32,000 bases of DNA from Armatimonadota bacterium (GCA_035528905.1 DATKXU010000002.1:56441-88440); one strand, 5' to 3'. Counted from the first letter of the stretch, positions 1-9,498 are shown. Notes: generated by a model from the letters alone, not told the origin. Program-made: numbers and translations.

Positions 1-3000
1 GGCAAGGAGTACGTCTATTCCACGCGCCTGGACCAGAGCACTGATCCGTATTACCACTGCTTTGTCGCGGCGGATGCCTCGACAGCGATGGCCCAGTATG
101 ACGCCACCACGTCGCCCAGCGCCCACACGATATGGGAGCCTGTCGAAGTTCTCAGCGGCTCCGGCAAAGTATACGAGTTTGCGCACAAACCCGTTGTTGG
201 GAACCTGTCGGTTCCCGAGTTGCCCGGTATGTACACGAACCCGTCCATTTACGTGGGCGGCACACTCACGACGAATGTCACCATAGATCTGCTGCAAGGC
301 ACTGTCACGTTTGCGAGTGCTCCGACCGGCCAAGTGACCGCGAAATACTGGTTCGGCGTGCAAGGTCCGGATGAGGTGGTTGCGAACACGCCGCCTGCAC
401 TGACGCTCGGGAAGGTTGTTCCCACGACCGGATCGAGCACTACTCTATTCACATTTTCGGTGCGTTACACGGATACCGATGGGTTGAAGGGCCAAGCCCC
501 GGAGTACTCGCGTCTGATCCTGGATGGGCGGGCGGAGGCGCTCACCAGCAAGGCCGGCAGCTACAAGGAAGGCGTGACGTACGAGGCCCAGATGAACCTT
601 GCAAACGGCGTTCACAAGTTCTACTTCGAGGCTTCGGACGGCGCTGGGTATGCGGTCTTCGACGCCGGCACTCCAAGCTCGAGGTCGTCCGGCGCTCCCA
701 TCGCGCCGATCACGCCGATCACAGGGCCGTATGTCAATGACCGACCAATCCTCTCGAATGGTCTGGTAACCCCGAACAACCCGCTGGGACATAGCACCGC
801 GCAGCAGTTCGTCTACACGGTTAAGTATAGGGATGATTCCGGGGACGCGCCGGATGCCGGCTACCCGGTCGTCTATGTAGATAACGCGAGTGAAACGGCC
901 TATGACGGCACCGTGACCGCCATCGGCGCAACCGCAATAACCGATGACTCGCAGAACTGGACTGTAGACCAATTCAAAGGTATGCCTATGCAGTTCACCA
1001 GCGCAGGCCCGAAGGCAACCTATCAAGTCTTTACCATCGGGAGCAATACCAGCAATACGTTGACGATCCTGACAAGTGATCTCGTTGACGAGTTCGGTGT
1101 CAAGGTCGGCGATGAGTTCAGCATCGGCAAGCTCATCATGACGAAGGTCGATGCCGACGACAGCGACTACCTCGGGCCCGGAGGAGTGGATTATCAGGCG
1201 ATCGTGCCGGGCCTCGGCGTAAGCGTCGGCCTTCTGCCGAACGATGTGCATACCGCTCATTTCAGGTCGAACACGAAAGAAATACTTGTAGGTCCGACGG
1301 ACGCGGCGACCAGGGACACTACTCTGAGATTCCCTGCAGCGTCGGAGTTGCAGGGCCCGAAGGTCTCAATACAGGCGCCGGCGGGCAACGAACCCCCGAC
1401 GTTAAGCAACGCCTCGCATACGCCGTCGCGGGGTACGGCTTCCACGGTGTTCACTTTCAAGGTGACGTATGCTGATCCGGACGGTGATGCGCCCACGGTG
1501 GATCCCATCAACAAGGTTGAGGGATTTGTCAGGGTTCTCATTGATGGAGCGCCTCACGCTATGACGCCGCCGGCCTCGCCGGATTATACCGCGGGCGCCG
1601 AGTTCACGTATTCATCCACTCTGAGTCCCGGCAAGCGCAACTATCACTTCGAGGCGTCGGATGGCTGGGCAGCGGTCAGGCTGCCGGTGTCCGGCGAGCT
1701 GACTGTGACGGTCAACTACCCGCCGGCTCTGGGCGAACCTTCAATCACGCCTGTGCGCGGGAACACGGGTATGTCCTATGTGTACAGCGTCAAGTACGTT
1801 GATCTGAACAACGACGCGCCCACATCGGTCAAGGTAGTCATAGACGGCCAGGAGACGGACATAACGGACTGCATGGTGGTGGTGCCGGGCGGCACCTATG
1901 CAACCGGAGTAGTGTACCGATATACGCTGCCGGGCGGCAGCCTCACAGAAGGGTCTCACACCTATTACTTCAGGGCGGTGGACGCGCTTGAGGCCGCAAC
2001 GCCCACCACTCAGATGGATGGCCCGTCCATCTACTCAAACTCCGCCCCGGCTTTCAGTGAGGCGGACGTGTCCCCGGCTAGCGGATGGAACACGGACACG
2101 TACACCTACTCAGTTGTCTATAGTGACCCCGACGGAGACGGTCCGGAATACGTGAAGGTCTACGTAGACAACGCGGACGCTGATGTGATGGTGAAGGATC
2201 CGAATGAGAACGACTTCGTGACGGGCGTCACTTACAGATTCCAGAAGCAGGGCCTCGGCCCTGGGTCGCATACGTATTACTTCAAGGCTTCCGATTATCT
2301 GGATACGGTTAGAGATCCTGCGTCAGGCGAGTACAACGGGCCGATTGTGACTGGAAGGCCGACTGCAACCATCACAATACGGTGCAGCGCATCGCCGATG
2401 GTGGGCCAGGCGGCAATCATAAGCGGCACGGTCAGCCCCGCAATGGCAGTGCCTTTGACGATCAAGTTTACCAGGCCGAGCGGCACAAAGTTCGAGCGAT
2501 CGGTGAGCTCTCAGGCGAATGGGAGCTATTCACTCTCCTGGACGCCTGAGTTAAATGGGACATGGAAGATCTCGACCGCCTGGGCGGGAGGAGGAGATTA
2601 TCTCCCGAGCAGCTCATCCGAGCTCACCGTAGTGGTAGCTGGTCCGAGTTTGACCATCACCGGGCTTCATATGATCTCCCTGCCGCTGCAGCCGAGTATC
2701 GGTTATCCCGAGGGATGTTTCGGCCGCATACCGCCATTCGCGTTGGCGAAATGGCAGCCTTCATCCGGCGCATACAAGCTCTACTCGCTGCTGCCTGGTT
2801 ATGCGTCGGATTACGACTTCCCGCTGATTGCTGCCGGCCAGGCATACTGGATCAAGACTCTGGAGCCCAAGGTGATCGCTCCCAGCGGCAGTCTGGTCAG
2901 CACCACTTGGTCCTTCAGCATACCAATCGAGGCTGGCTGGAACCAGATAGGCTATCCGTTCCTGCAGGAAACAGTCTGGGGCAATCTGCAGGTCAGATAC

Positions 3001-3696
3001 AACGCTCAGACCGTCAGCCTAGCGACTGCTCACGCAAATGGCTGGGTTCGCGAGTATGCGTGGACGTATGATCCAAGTATCAGGAACTACAAGCTCGTTG
3101 ATGCAAACCGAGTGGGAGCGGACCGGACAATGCGCCCATGGCTCGGCTACTGGGTGAGAGCGTTGGTTGACTGCCAGCTAATAGTTCCGTCTCCTACAGG
3201 CGGGGGAATCGAGCCGCCGCCACCGCCGATGGGCGGGCAGCCCTTGGGTCTCTCTGAGCATGGGATAGAGGGTGCAGATACATACCGCCCGCGCGAGTGG
3301 ACAGTCCGCATGATCGCCACTAGCGGCGAACTGCAGGACAGCGCCTACTTCGGCCAGAGTTCCTCGAAGCCTGAGCGGATCGAGAGCCCGCCGTGTTTGG
3401 AGGGCTATGTGGATTTGTACTTCACCGATGATGAAAGGGACGGCATCTATGCGGCTGATGTGAGAGGCAGCCTGTATTCCGGCGATAGCTGGCAGCTCAG
3501 AGTGGCGACGGACAGCCCAGGCGATGTCCAGTTGACCTGGGAGGGCCTGGAAAGCGTGCCGGCGAACGCGCGGCTAACGCTCGTGGACGAGCAGAACGGC
3601 GTTTCTCTCGAGTTGGTCTCTGGCGGCTCTTATACGTTCGAGGCCCGCCAGGTTTACACCAGCAGATCATTCCGCATCCTCTTCGAGACAAAGTAG
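1..3696 (+). CDS. Giant secreted/cell-surface repeat protein, 5'-truncated by the window edge (1231 aa visible)
   Basis: Frame 1 is open from nt 1. GKEYVYSTRLDQSTDPYYHCFVAADA precedes the first Met at 88 and already shows the module-end motif. Stop at 3694-3696. At least five tandem ~95-180 aa modules share [FY]x[FY]xVxYxDx[DN]GDxP ... GxHx[YF][YH]FxAxD (approx nt 385-672, 727-1270, 1387-1692, 1717-2022, 2038-2322). These are followed by an Ig-like domain (~2350-2640), a GWNQIGYP / AYW-type domain, a PPPPPMGG linker and a beta-rich C-terminal domain. Confidence 0.85.
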   Translation, partial: GKEYVYSTRLDQSTDPYYHCFVAADASTAMAQYDATTSPSAHTIWEPVEVLSGSGKVYEFAHKPVVGNLSVPELPGMYTNPSIYVGGTLTTNVTIDLLQGTVTFASAPTGQVTAKYWFGVQGPDEVVANTPPALTLGKVVPTTGSSTTLFTFSVRYTDTDGLKGQAPEYSRLILDGRAEALTSKAGSYKEGVTYEAQMNLANGVHKFYFEASDGAGYAVFDAGTPSSRSSGAPIAPITPITGPYVNDRPILSNGLVTPNNPLGHSTAQQFVYTVKYRDDSGDAPDAGYPVVYVDNASETAYDGTVTAIGATAITDDSQNWTVDQFKGMPMQFTSAGPKATYQVFTIGSNTSNTLTILTSDLVDEFGVKVGDEFSIGKLIMTKVDADDSDYLGPGGVDYQAIVPGLGVSVGLLPNDVHTAHFRSNTKEILVGPTDAATRDTTLRFPAASELQGPKVSIQAPAGNEPPTLSNASHTPSRGTASTVFTFKVTYADPDGDAPTVDPINKVEGFVRVLIDGAPHAMTPPASPDYTAGAEFTYSSTLSPGKRNYHFEASDGWAAVRLPVSGELTVTVNYPPALGEPSITPVRGNTGMSYVYSVKYVDLNNDAPTSVKVVIDGQETDITDCMVVVPGGTYATGVVYRYTLPGGSLTEGSHTYYFRAVDALEAATPTTQMDGPSIYSNSAPAFSEADVSPASGWNTDTYTYSVVYSDPDGDGPEYVKVYVDNADADVMVKDPNENDFVTGVTYRFQKQGLGPGSHTYYFKASDYLDTVRDPASGEYNGPIVTGRPTATITIRCSASPMVGQAAIISGTVSPAMAVPLTIKFTRPSGTKFERSVSSQANGSYSLSWTPELNGTWKISTAWAGGGDYLPSSSSELTVVVAGPSLTITGLHMISLPLQPSIGYPEGCFGRIPPFALAKWQPSSGAYKLYSLLPGYASDYDFPLIAAGQAYWIKTLEPKVIAPSGSLVSTTWSFSIPIEAGWNQIGYPFLQETVWGNLQVRYNAQTVSLATAHANGWVREYAWTYDPSIRNYKLVDANRVGADRTMRPWLGYWVRALVDCQLIVPSPTGGGIEPPPPPMGGQPLGLSEHGIEGADTYRPREWTVRMIATSGELQDSAYFGQSSSKPERIESPPCLEGYVDLYFTDDERDGIYAADVRGSLYSGDSWQLRVATDSPGDVQLTWEGLESVPANARLTLVDEQNGVSLELVSGGSYTFEARQVYTSRSFRILFETK

Positions 3697-3728
3697 GACG
3701 GGAGACAATTCCGAGAGGGGTGACATCC

Positions 3729-4538
3729 ATGCGCACAATGGTCAGATTCAGGACTGCCAAGTGGTTGGCTTGGTCTCTGGCCAGCACCGTACTGGTGCCA
3801 TACATGGCGAGCGGTGCTCTTGCAGCCTCCCAGGTCAGCGACGTCAAGCCGCAAACCATGGTCCTGTTTCCGTTAGATAAGGCGGCCACGGTGACCAAGT
3901 TACAGGTGGTCTCCGAGCTGAATGCTTTTCTTGGGCAGGGGCTGGCTTCATGCCCTAGGTACAGCGTCTTGGAGTACACGGAGCGTCTGCCCGCTGTGGA
4001 GCGCTTAGCGGCCATGCAGTCGGAGATGAAGCTGATAGCGGTGGGTCCGTTCTCACCCGACGACGCGGGCATCGCACACGCCGCCGTGCTCGCAAGAGCC
4101 ATATCAGCAGACCTGTTTCTCGTTGGGTCCGTGGAGAAGTACACCTTCGCCGACAGGGAGGGTGTAGCGGAGATAACGGCTACCGTTCGGTTGGTGGATA
4201 CGAAGACGGGGAAGGCTGTGCAGACTATCACGGTCACGGGGCGCGGTACGAAGCCATCTCCTACCGCGCCGGCGGGAGAGTCGAGCATTGCCTCTGAGGC
4301 TGTCAGGGACACGGGCAGGAAGGTCATCCAGGAGGTAACGGGCGAGGAATACAAAGAACGCGCAGTGCCACCTCCTATCGTGGCTGTGAGGAAAAAGAGC
4401 AGCAAGAAGTCGTGGATTCCGCTGTTGCTGCTGTCCCTTGGCGTTGGACTGCTGCTTGGAGGCTCGGGCGGCGGCGGTGATGGCGGTGGAGGCGGCGCCG
4501 ACCCCGTACCGGATCAGCCACCTCCCATACCGTTCTGA
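3729..4538 (+). CDS. Exported protein with a C-terminal TM anchor; paralog A of a tandem pair. The fold guess is TolB-N/CsgG/LpoB-like periplasmic alpha/beta domain.
   Basis: The ORF-track frame opens at 3720 (GTG), but ATG 3729 lies 9 nt after a GAGAGGGG SD. N-terminal signal-like segment WLAWSLASTVLVPYMASGALAAS. Central LFP...RYSV...GSVEKYTFADREGVAEITATVRLVDTKTGKAVQTITVTGRG pattern. C-terminal KKSSKKS + WIPLLLLSLGVGLLLGG helix, then a Gly/Pro tail ending in F. Confidence 0.75.
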   Translation: MRTMVRFRTAKWLAWSLASTVLVPYMASGALAASQVSDVKPQTMVLFPLDKAATVTKLQVVSELNAFLGQGLASCPRYSVLEYTERLPAVERLAAMQSEMKLIAVGPFSPDDAGIAHAAVLARAISADLFLVGSVEKYTFADREGVAEITATVRLVDTKTGKAVQTITVTGRGTKPSPTAPAGESSIASEAVRDTGRKVIQEVTGEEYKERAVPPPIVAVRKKSSKKSWIPLLLLSLGVGLLLGGSGGGGDGGGGGADPVPDQPPPIPF

Positions 4539-4625
4539 CGCGGCCACATTGCAGGGAAGGTGACAGGCTTGCCGGCTGCCCTTGGCATAGATGAGTCCCA
4601 TAGCAATAGAGGAGCATACCAGACT

Positions 4626-5363
4626 GTGAGGCCAATACTTACCGGAACCCGCATATGTCGGGTACTAGCTGTGACGTGTCTGCTGGTTTTCCAGTGTGCA
4701 CAGGCGCTAAATGCCGATGATGTCCTCCAGAAGGAATCGCTGGCACTTTTCCCCTTTGCAATAGGAAGTGACGTTGGAGCCTCGAAGCAGGAACTCATCC
4801 AGCAATGTGCCGGTGACCTGCTATTGCTCGTCAACGAAGGTCTGGCCGGGACGCGGCGTTACTCGGTCGTCCTATTCGACCCAAGAGCCGCTTCTGTGGA
4901 CCGAGCTGTGCGTGAGAAGCAGATCACCGAGAAGGAAATCGCACAGCCGATTGATACCGGAGTTCAAGGGGTCGCCAAGGCGCGGAAGCTAGCCACCCTG
5001 ATGGGCGCTAACTTGGCCATGATCGGTTCCATAGACCGATATGACTTCAACGAAAGGAAAGCCGAGGCCGAGTTGACCGTCACGCTGCAGTTGATAGACG
5101 CTAGGAGCGGCAGTTTCAGCACAATCACCGCGACAGGCAGAGCTGCGGCGGTTGAGGGGAAGACTGGGCAGGGGGAGGAGGCATTAGGAATCGGTGCGAC
5201 TTACGAAGTTGCGGAGAAGCTGCTGGCGGAGGTGACGGCTGCGAGCCTCACTCAGCCGACCAGCCCGGCGGTCCCGCAGCCATCACACTCCAAGAAGAAC
5301 CGAGGGTTGATCGCTGCCATGATCGGAGCCATCATAGTAGGCTTTGTGATCGGCAGCGGTTAA
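4626..5363 (+). CDS. Exported protein with a C-terminal TM anchor; paralog B of the tandem pair
   Basis: The same frame opens at GTG 4560. GTG 4626 follows an AGAGGAG SD (~10 nt) and gives the signal peptide RICRVLAVTCLLVFQCAQALNA. It aligns with paralog A: LFPF, RYSVV, GSIDRYDFNERKAEAELTVTLQLIDARSGSFSTITATGR. C-terminal HSKKNRG + LIAAMIGAIIVGFVIGSG. The start codon is uncertain (4560 or 4626). Confidence 0.75.
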   Translation: MRPILTGTRICRVLAVTCLLVFQCAQALNADDVLQKESLALFPFAIGSDVGASKQELIQQCAGDLLLLVNEGLAGTRRYSVVLFDPRAASVDRAVREKQITEKEIAQPIDTGVQGVAKARKLATLMGANLAMIGSIDRYDFNERKAEAELTVTLQLIDARSGSFSTITATGRAAAVEGKTGQGEEALGIGATYEVAEKLLAEVTAASLTQPTSPAVPQPSHSKKNRGLIAAMIGAIIVGFVIGSG

Positions 5364-5393
5364 CATGGAGCTAGGCTAGCCAAGCATAGAACC

Positions 5394-5433
5394 AAAGGCC
5401 CGTAGTCCATCTAGGGAGGGTACGGGCCTTTTT
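5394..5433 (+). terminator. Rho-independent terminator after the surface-protein/paralog operon
   Basis: aaaggcccgta (5394-5404) pairs with tacgggccttt (5421-5431). The GC-rich 8-bp core ggcccgta/tacgggcc is followed by TTTTT (5429-5433), 31 nt after the stop at 5363. Confidence 0.7.
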
Positions 5434-5464
5434 CATCAGGTTCTGGCGCTGGCAGGCTTGACTG

Positions 5465-5493
5465 TTGACGACGCCGGTGAACCCTACTAATAT
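5465..5493 (+). promoter_or_regulatory. Sigma-70-type promoter TTGACG-17-TAATAT for the OMP gene, apparently leaderless
   Basis: TTGACG at 5465-5470, a 17-nt spacer, TAATAT at 5488-5493. The ATG at 5503 is only 9 nt downstream of the -10 and has no SD. Confidence 0.55.
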
Positions 5494-5502
5494 TGGATCC
5501 GT

Positions 5503-7428
5503 ATGCGAACGAAGCTTTTGATTCCAGGTAGTCTGCTCCTGTTCTCCGCGATTCTGTGCCCTGCAGCATGCGACAGAGGTGTGGGGAGCATTGAGTTATC
5601 GGCGAATCCCAGCGCTATCCTTGCGGATGGTAAGAGCGTGTGTACCGTAACGGTTCAGGTCAGGGATAGAGAGGGAAGATTCGTCGCCGATGGCACAGAA
5701 GTGCGCGTCTCTGCATCGCTCGGCGTTATCGAAGAGTCCGGGTTGACCTCCGCTGGGGTCGCCCGGGTGAAGCTCGTGAGCGCGGATATTCCAGGCACCT
5801 GCGTGGTCACAGCTACCTGGGTCGAGGGACAAGCTGTAGCGCAGATCAACGTAGAATTCGGGGACGCCCCGTCTCTGCCTCAGGGCCCAGACTACTTGAC
5901 AGTGACTGCGGACAAGTATCTTGCCTACAGCGTGGACTACAAAGTGCTGGAAGCGCTGGGGAATGTGCGCATTCGTTGCCGCACACTGGATCTCGCGGCG
6001 GAGGAGGCTCAGATCAATCTTGAGCGGGGCAGGGTGGTTGCTAGAGGTGAGGGCCGAGCAAGCCCTATCCGCATCCGCACGACCGGCGGCGACGTGGTGG
6101 GGGACATGTTCGCTTGTGACCTGTCGGGGTCGGAGGGATTGCTTCTGTCGGCGGAGCGTGGCCGCGTTCAGAAGGTGAACGTCTCGAAGAGCATACCTGA
6201 GATCAGCGACCAAGAAGCTTCCTATATGCCCGAGGATATGAGCCTGCACGATCTCTCGGACAGCTCGATATTGGTGAAGGCCCGCGAGGCCACGGTCTTT
6301 CCGAACCAGAAGATTCAGTTCAAGAGGGCCAGCGTCTACGTTGATGGTAAGCGCGTGGTCTCCCTGCCGCTGTATGTGCTGTGGCTGACAGGCGCCGGGC
6401 CTGAGGAAGGACAATATGTCGGCTACAGCACCGGCGGTGTGACCCTTAACCTCCCTGTCTACTACTCGCTGAGTTCGTCGTCCAGCGGGGCGCTGTTGGT
6501 GAGGCACGGCGACAGTACGGGCTGGGGCGACTACGGCCAGAAACCTGGATGGTTCGTTGATCTGCGCCAGAAGTATTCTACAGAGCGTTCTGACGGTTCG
6601 CTCCTGCTCAGCCAGGTCACGAGGGCTGACTGGGGAGCCCACTTTTATCACAGCCAGGATTTGGGGAGGCAGACTCGCGGCTATGTCTACATGGATTACC
6701 CTTCCCATAGGGACTTCTTCGGCAGCGTCAGCATCAACAAATCGTTCGAGGCGTTTGACGTTGGCTTAAGTCTGGACAGGAGCGACCTGCAAGAAGGCGA
6801 AGACTCGACGAACGCCGACATCTTCATCCAGATGCGTGCAAGGCCGCTTGGCAAGTCACCGTTCCGATATACGCTCTCGACTAGGTCAGCATACTCTACA
6901 TATTCCGACATGAGGTACGAGGTAAAGGGCAACGTCTACTCCTCGCCGATTCGTCTGGCTGACAAGCTCTCGCTCAGGACTTCGCTCGGGCTCGGCTACC
7001 TGTGGGGCAGCCGGATATCCGGGCTGTCTACGTTGGGAGCGGCCGTCTTGGAATGGAGGATCTCCGAGTACAGTGGTTTTGGTCTCAGCTACCGATTTGC
7101 CGATAGAGCCAGTGTGTACACGTCGTACGCGGGCAAGCAAACCCTATCGGCGACCTGCGTCCTTAGCGATGGGAAGAAATGGCGGGCTTCCATCTATGCC
7201 ATAAAGGGGCTGGACTATCCGACGGCCAACGTGTTCGGTGATCTCACGTTCCGTTTGAGTCCAGACTGGCGATTCACAGTAAGCTCCACGTTCAATGAGA
7301 TAGTCGGCCGGTCATATAGAGACCTCGAGCTCTCTGTAGGGAAGATGGTCGGCAGCCGGGAGCTGATCGCTGTGTGGTCGCAGTCGCAGAGAAAGATCAT
7401 GTTCGAGTTGGGCTCCGGCGGCTTTTAG
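5503..7428 (+). CDS. Outer-membrane beta-barrel protein, LptD/OstA-like, with an extra N-terminal Big_1 (invasin/intimin-type) Ig domain
   Basis: Signal peptide MRTKLLIPGSLLLFSAILCPAAC. Big_1-like ANPSAILADGKSVCTVTVQVRDREGRFVADGTEVRVSASLG...GTCVVTA (~5587-5856). OstA_N-like LTVTADKYLAYSVDYKVLEALGNVRIRCRTLDLAAEEAQINLERGRVVARG (~5890-6150). The C-terminal half alternates hydrophobic residues, is rich in Y/S/G, and ends ...FELGSGGF (terminal Phe, the classic OMP signature). Confidence 0.6.
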   Translation: MRTKLLIPGSLLLFSAILCPAACDRGVGSIELSANPSAILADGKSVCTVTVQVRDREGRFVADGTEVRVSASLGVIEESGLTSAGVARVKLVSADIPGTCVVTATWVEGQAVAQINVEFGDAPSLPQGPDYLTVTADKYLAYSVDYKVLEALGNVRIRCRTLDLAAEEAQINLERGRVVARGEGRASPIRIRTTGGDVVGDMFACDLSGSEGLLLSAERGRVQKVNVSKSIPEISDQEASYMPEDMSLHDLSDSSILVKAREATVFPNQKIQFKRASVYVDGKRVVSLPLYVLWLTGAGPEEGQYVGYSTGGVTLNLPVYYSLSSSSSGALLVRHGDSTGWGDYGQKPGWFVDLRQKYSTERSDGSLLLSQVTRADWGAHFYHSQDLGRQTRGYVYMDYPSHRDFFGSVSINKSFEAFDVGLSLDRSDLQEGEDSTNADIFIQMRARPLGKSPFRYTLSTRSAYSTYSDMRYEVKGNVYSSPIRLADKLSLRTSLGLGYLWGSRISGLSTLGAAVLEWRISEYSGFGLSYRFADRASVYTSYAGKQTLSATCVLSDGKKWRASIYAIKGLDYPTANVFGDLTFRLSPDWRFTVSSTFNEIVGRSYRDLELSVGKMVGSRELIAVWSQSQRKIMFELGSGGF

Positions 7429-7512
7429 TGTAAAATAGGTGAAGCAAGTCTGCGCACAGCGGCGAACGCATGTGCGATTGAGCAGTAGCGTTATCATGGA
7501 CTGGGAAGAGAC

Positions 7513-9498
7513 GTGGACGAGTTCAAACTGATCTCGGATTTCAAACCCAAGGGCGATCAACCCAAGGCTGTAGCACAACTAGTCGAGGGGGTCGATGCCG
7601 GATATCGGTTTCAGACGCTTCTGGGCGTGACCGGCTCCGGCAAGACCTTCACGATGGCAAACGTCATCCAGGCGGTGCAGAAGCCTGCGCTCGTGATCGC
7701 CCACAACAAGACGCTGGCGGCACAGCTATGCGGCGAGTTCCGCGAGTTCTTTCCGCAAAACGCGGTGGAGTACTTCGTCAGCTACTACGACTACTACCAG
7801 CCGGAAGCGTATATTCCCCGGACAGATACTTACATCGAGAAGGACACCTCAATCAACGACGAGATAGATCGCCTTCGCCACTCCGCGACTCAGGCGGTGC
7901 TGGAGCGGCGTGATGCCGTTGTTGTGGCAAGCGTCTCCTGCATTTATGGACTCGGTTCGCCCGCAGAGTACAGGCGGATCGTTCTGAGCTTTACTGAAGG
8001 TGAGACATACGACCGCGAGGAGGTTCTGCGCAGGCTGATTGACATGCAGTTCGGTCGGAATGATGTCGCGCTCCAGAGAGCTACATTCCGCGTCAAGGGC
8101 GACATCCTGGAGATTCAGCCGGCGGATGAGGAGATAGTCATACGCATCGAATTCTTCGGCGACACAGTCGAGCGGATCGCGGTGGTGGATCCGCTTACAG
8201 GCGAGGTATTGAGCCGACAGGAGGAACTTACGGTCTATCCAGGCAGTCACTACGTCACGTCTCCGGCAACGATGGAGCGCGGCCTGACCGAGATCGAGTG
8301 CGAGCTTCAGGAGCGCGTCGAGTACTTCCAGCGGCACGGGAAGCTGCTTGAAGCGCAAAGGATCGAGCAGCGGACAAAGTACGACATGGAGATGATGCGC
8401 GAGATCGGCTACTGCTCCGGCATCGAGAACTACTCGCGAATCCTGGACGGCCGTGCTCCCGGTGAACCGCCATTCTGCCTGCTGGACTATTTCCCGGACG
8501 ATTTTCTCATCATCATAGACGAGTCGCACCAAACAATCCCGCAACTCCACGCTATGTACGCCGGCGACAGGTCGCGCAAGGAGACATTGGTGGAGTTCGG
8601 CTTCAGGCTGCCGTCCGCTCTGGATAACCGCCCGCTTCGCTTTGAGGAGTTCATGGAGCGCATCAACCAGGTGGTGTTCGTCTCCGCGACGCCGGGTCCT
8701 TACGAGCTTGCCCACAGCAGCCAGGTTGCAGAGCAGATAATCCGCCCGACTGGATTGGTTGATCCGGAGGTGGAGATACGTCCACCGCAGGGCCAGATAG
8801 ACGACTTGATCAACGAGATAAAGCAGCGAACCGAGAAGGGCGACCGCGTGCTGGTCACCACGTTGACGAAGAAGATGGCGGAGGACTTGACCGAATACCT
8901 TGCCGACTTGGGCATCAAGGTGCAGTACCTGCACTCGGAGATTCACACCCTCGACCGGAACGAAATCCTCCGCGATCTGAGGCTCGGCGTCTACGACGTG
9001 GTCGTGGGCATAAACCTCCTGCGCGAAGGGCTGGACCTGCCTGAAGTCTCGCTTGTCGCTATTCTCGACGCCGACAAGGAGGGCTTCCTGCGCTCGGAGA
9101 CGGCGCTGATTCAGACGATCGGCCGCGCCGCACGCCACATTGACGGCAAAGTCCTCATGTACGCGGAGGATACGACCGGCTCGATGCACCGGGCGATCGA
9201 GGAGACCAACAGGCGCCGCCGGCTCCAAAGGGAGTTCAATGAGCAGCATGGCATCAAGCCCGCCTCCATTCAGAAGGCTGTGCGCGATGTCATCGAAGCC
9301 AAGAAGGTTGCTGAAAGCAAGAGCTACTACCGTGTACGCCCGTCGCCCGACGAAAACACGCCACTGGACCAGCTCATGTTCGTGCTCGCCGACCTTGAGA
9401 AGGAGATGAAACGCGCGGCCAAGGACCTCGACTTCGAGCACGCCGCCGAGGTAAGGGACGAGATCATCCGCCTCAAGAAGCTCCTGCCGACGAAGTAG
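7513..9498 (+). CDS. uvrB: Excinuclease ABC subunit B
   Basis: 661 aa with a GTG start. [17 protein letters not shown], Walker [13 protein letters not shown] box ([13 protein letters not shown]), helicase C motifs, C-terminal UVR domain ([16 protein letters not shown]). Confidence 0.97.
   Translation: MDEFKLISDFKPKGDQPKAVAQLVEGVDAGYRFQTLLGVTGSGKTFTMANVIQAVQKPALVIAHNKTLAAQLCGEFREFFPQNAVEYFVSYYDYYQPEAYIPRTDTYIEKDTSINDEIDRLRHSATQAVLERRDAVVVASVSCIYGLGSPAEYRRIVLSFTEGETYDREEVLRRLIDMQFGRNDVALQRATFRVKGDILEIQPADEEIVIRIEFFGDTVERIAVVDPLTGEVLSRQEELTVYPGSHYVTSPATMERGLTEIECELQERVEYFQRHGKLLEAQRIEQRTKYDMEMMREIGYCSGIENYSRILDGRAPGEPPFCLLDYFPDDFLIIIDESHQTIPQLHAMYAGDRSRKETLVEFGFRLPSALDNRPLRFEEFMERINQVVFVSATPGPYELAHSSQVAEQIIRPTGLVDPEVEIRPPQGQIDDLINEIKQRTEKGDRVLVTTLTKKMAEDLTEYLADLGIKVQYLHSEIHTLDRNEILRDLRLGVYDVVVGINLLREGLDLPEVSLVAILDADKEGFLRSETALIQTIGRAARHIDGKVLMYAEDTTGSMHRAIEETNRRRRLQREFNEQHGIKPASIQKAVRDVIEAKKVAESKSYYRVRPSPDENTPLDQLMFVLADLEKEMKRAAKDLDFEHAAEVRDEIIRLKKLLPTK

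Noticed and set aside
3300-3696. The C-terminal beta-rich ~130 aa of the giant protein as a T9SS-type C-terminal sorting domain.
   Set aside because: There is only a vague resemblance (LTLVDEQNG...GGSYTF...FRILFETK). No T9SS genes are in the window, and I cannot verify this without an HMM.
4380-5363. C-terminal hydrophobic tails of the two paralogs as PEP-CTERM, LPXTG or other sortase/exosortase sorting signals.
   Set aside because: Those signals have a motif, then a TM helix, then a basic tail. Here the basic patch precedes the helix, and no PEP, LPXTG or similar motif is present.
7463-7476. Cheo-type LexA box (CGAAC-N4-GTTCG) upstream of uvrB: cgaacgcatgtgcg.
   Set aside because: The right half-site is GTGC rather than GTTC and the palindrome is poor. 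No comparable site precedes uvrA or uvrC, and no lexA is in the window. This cannot be supported without a genome-wide motif model.
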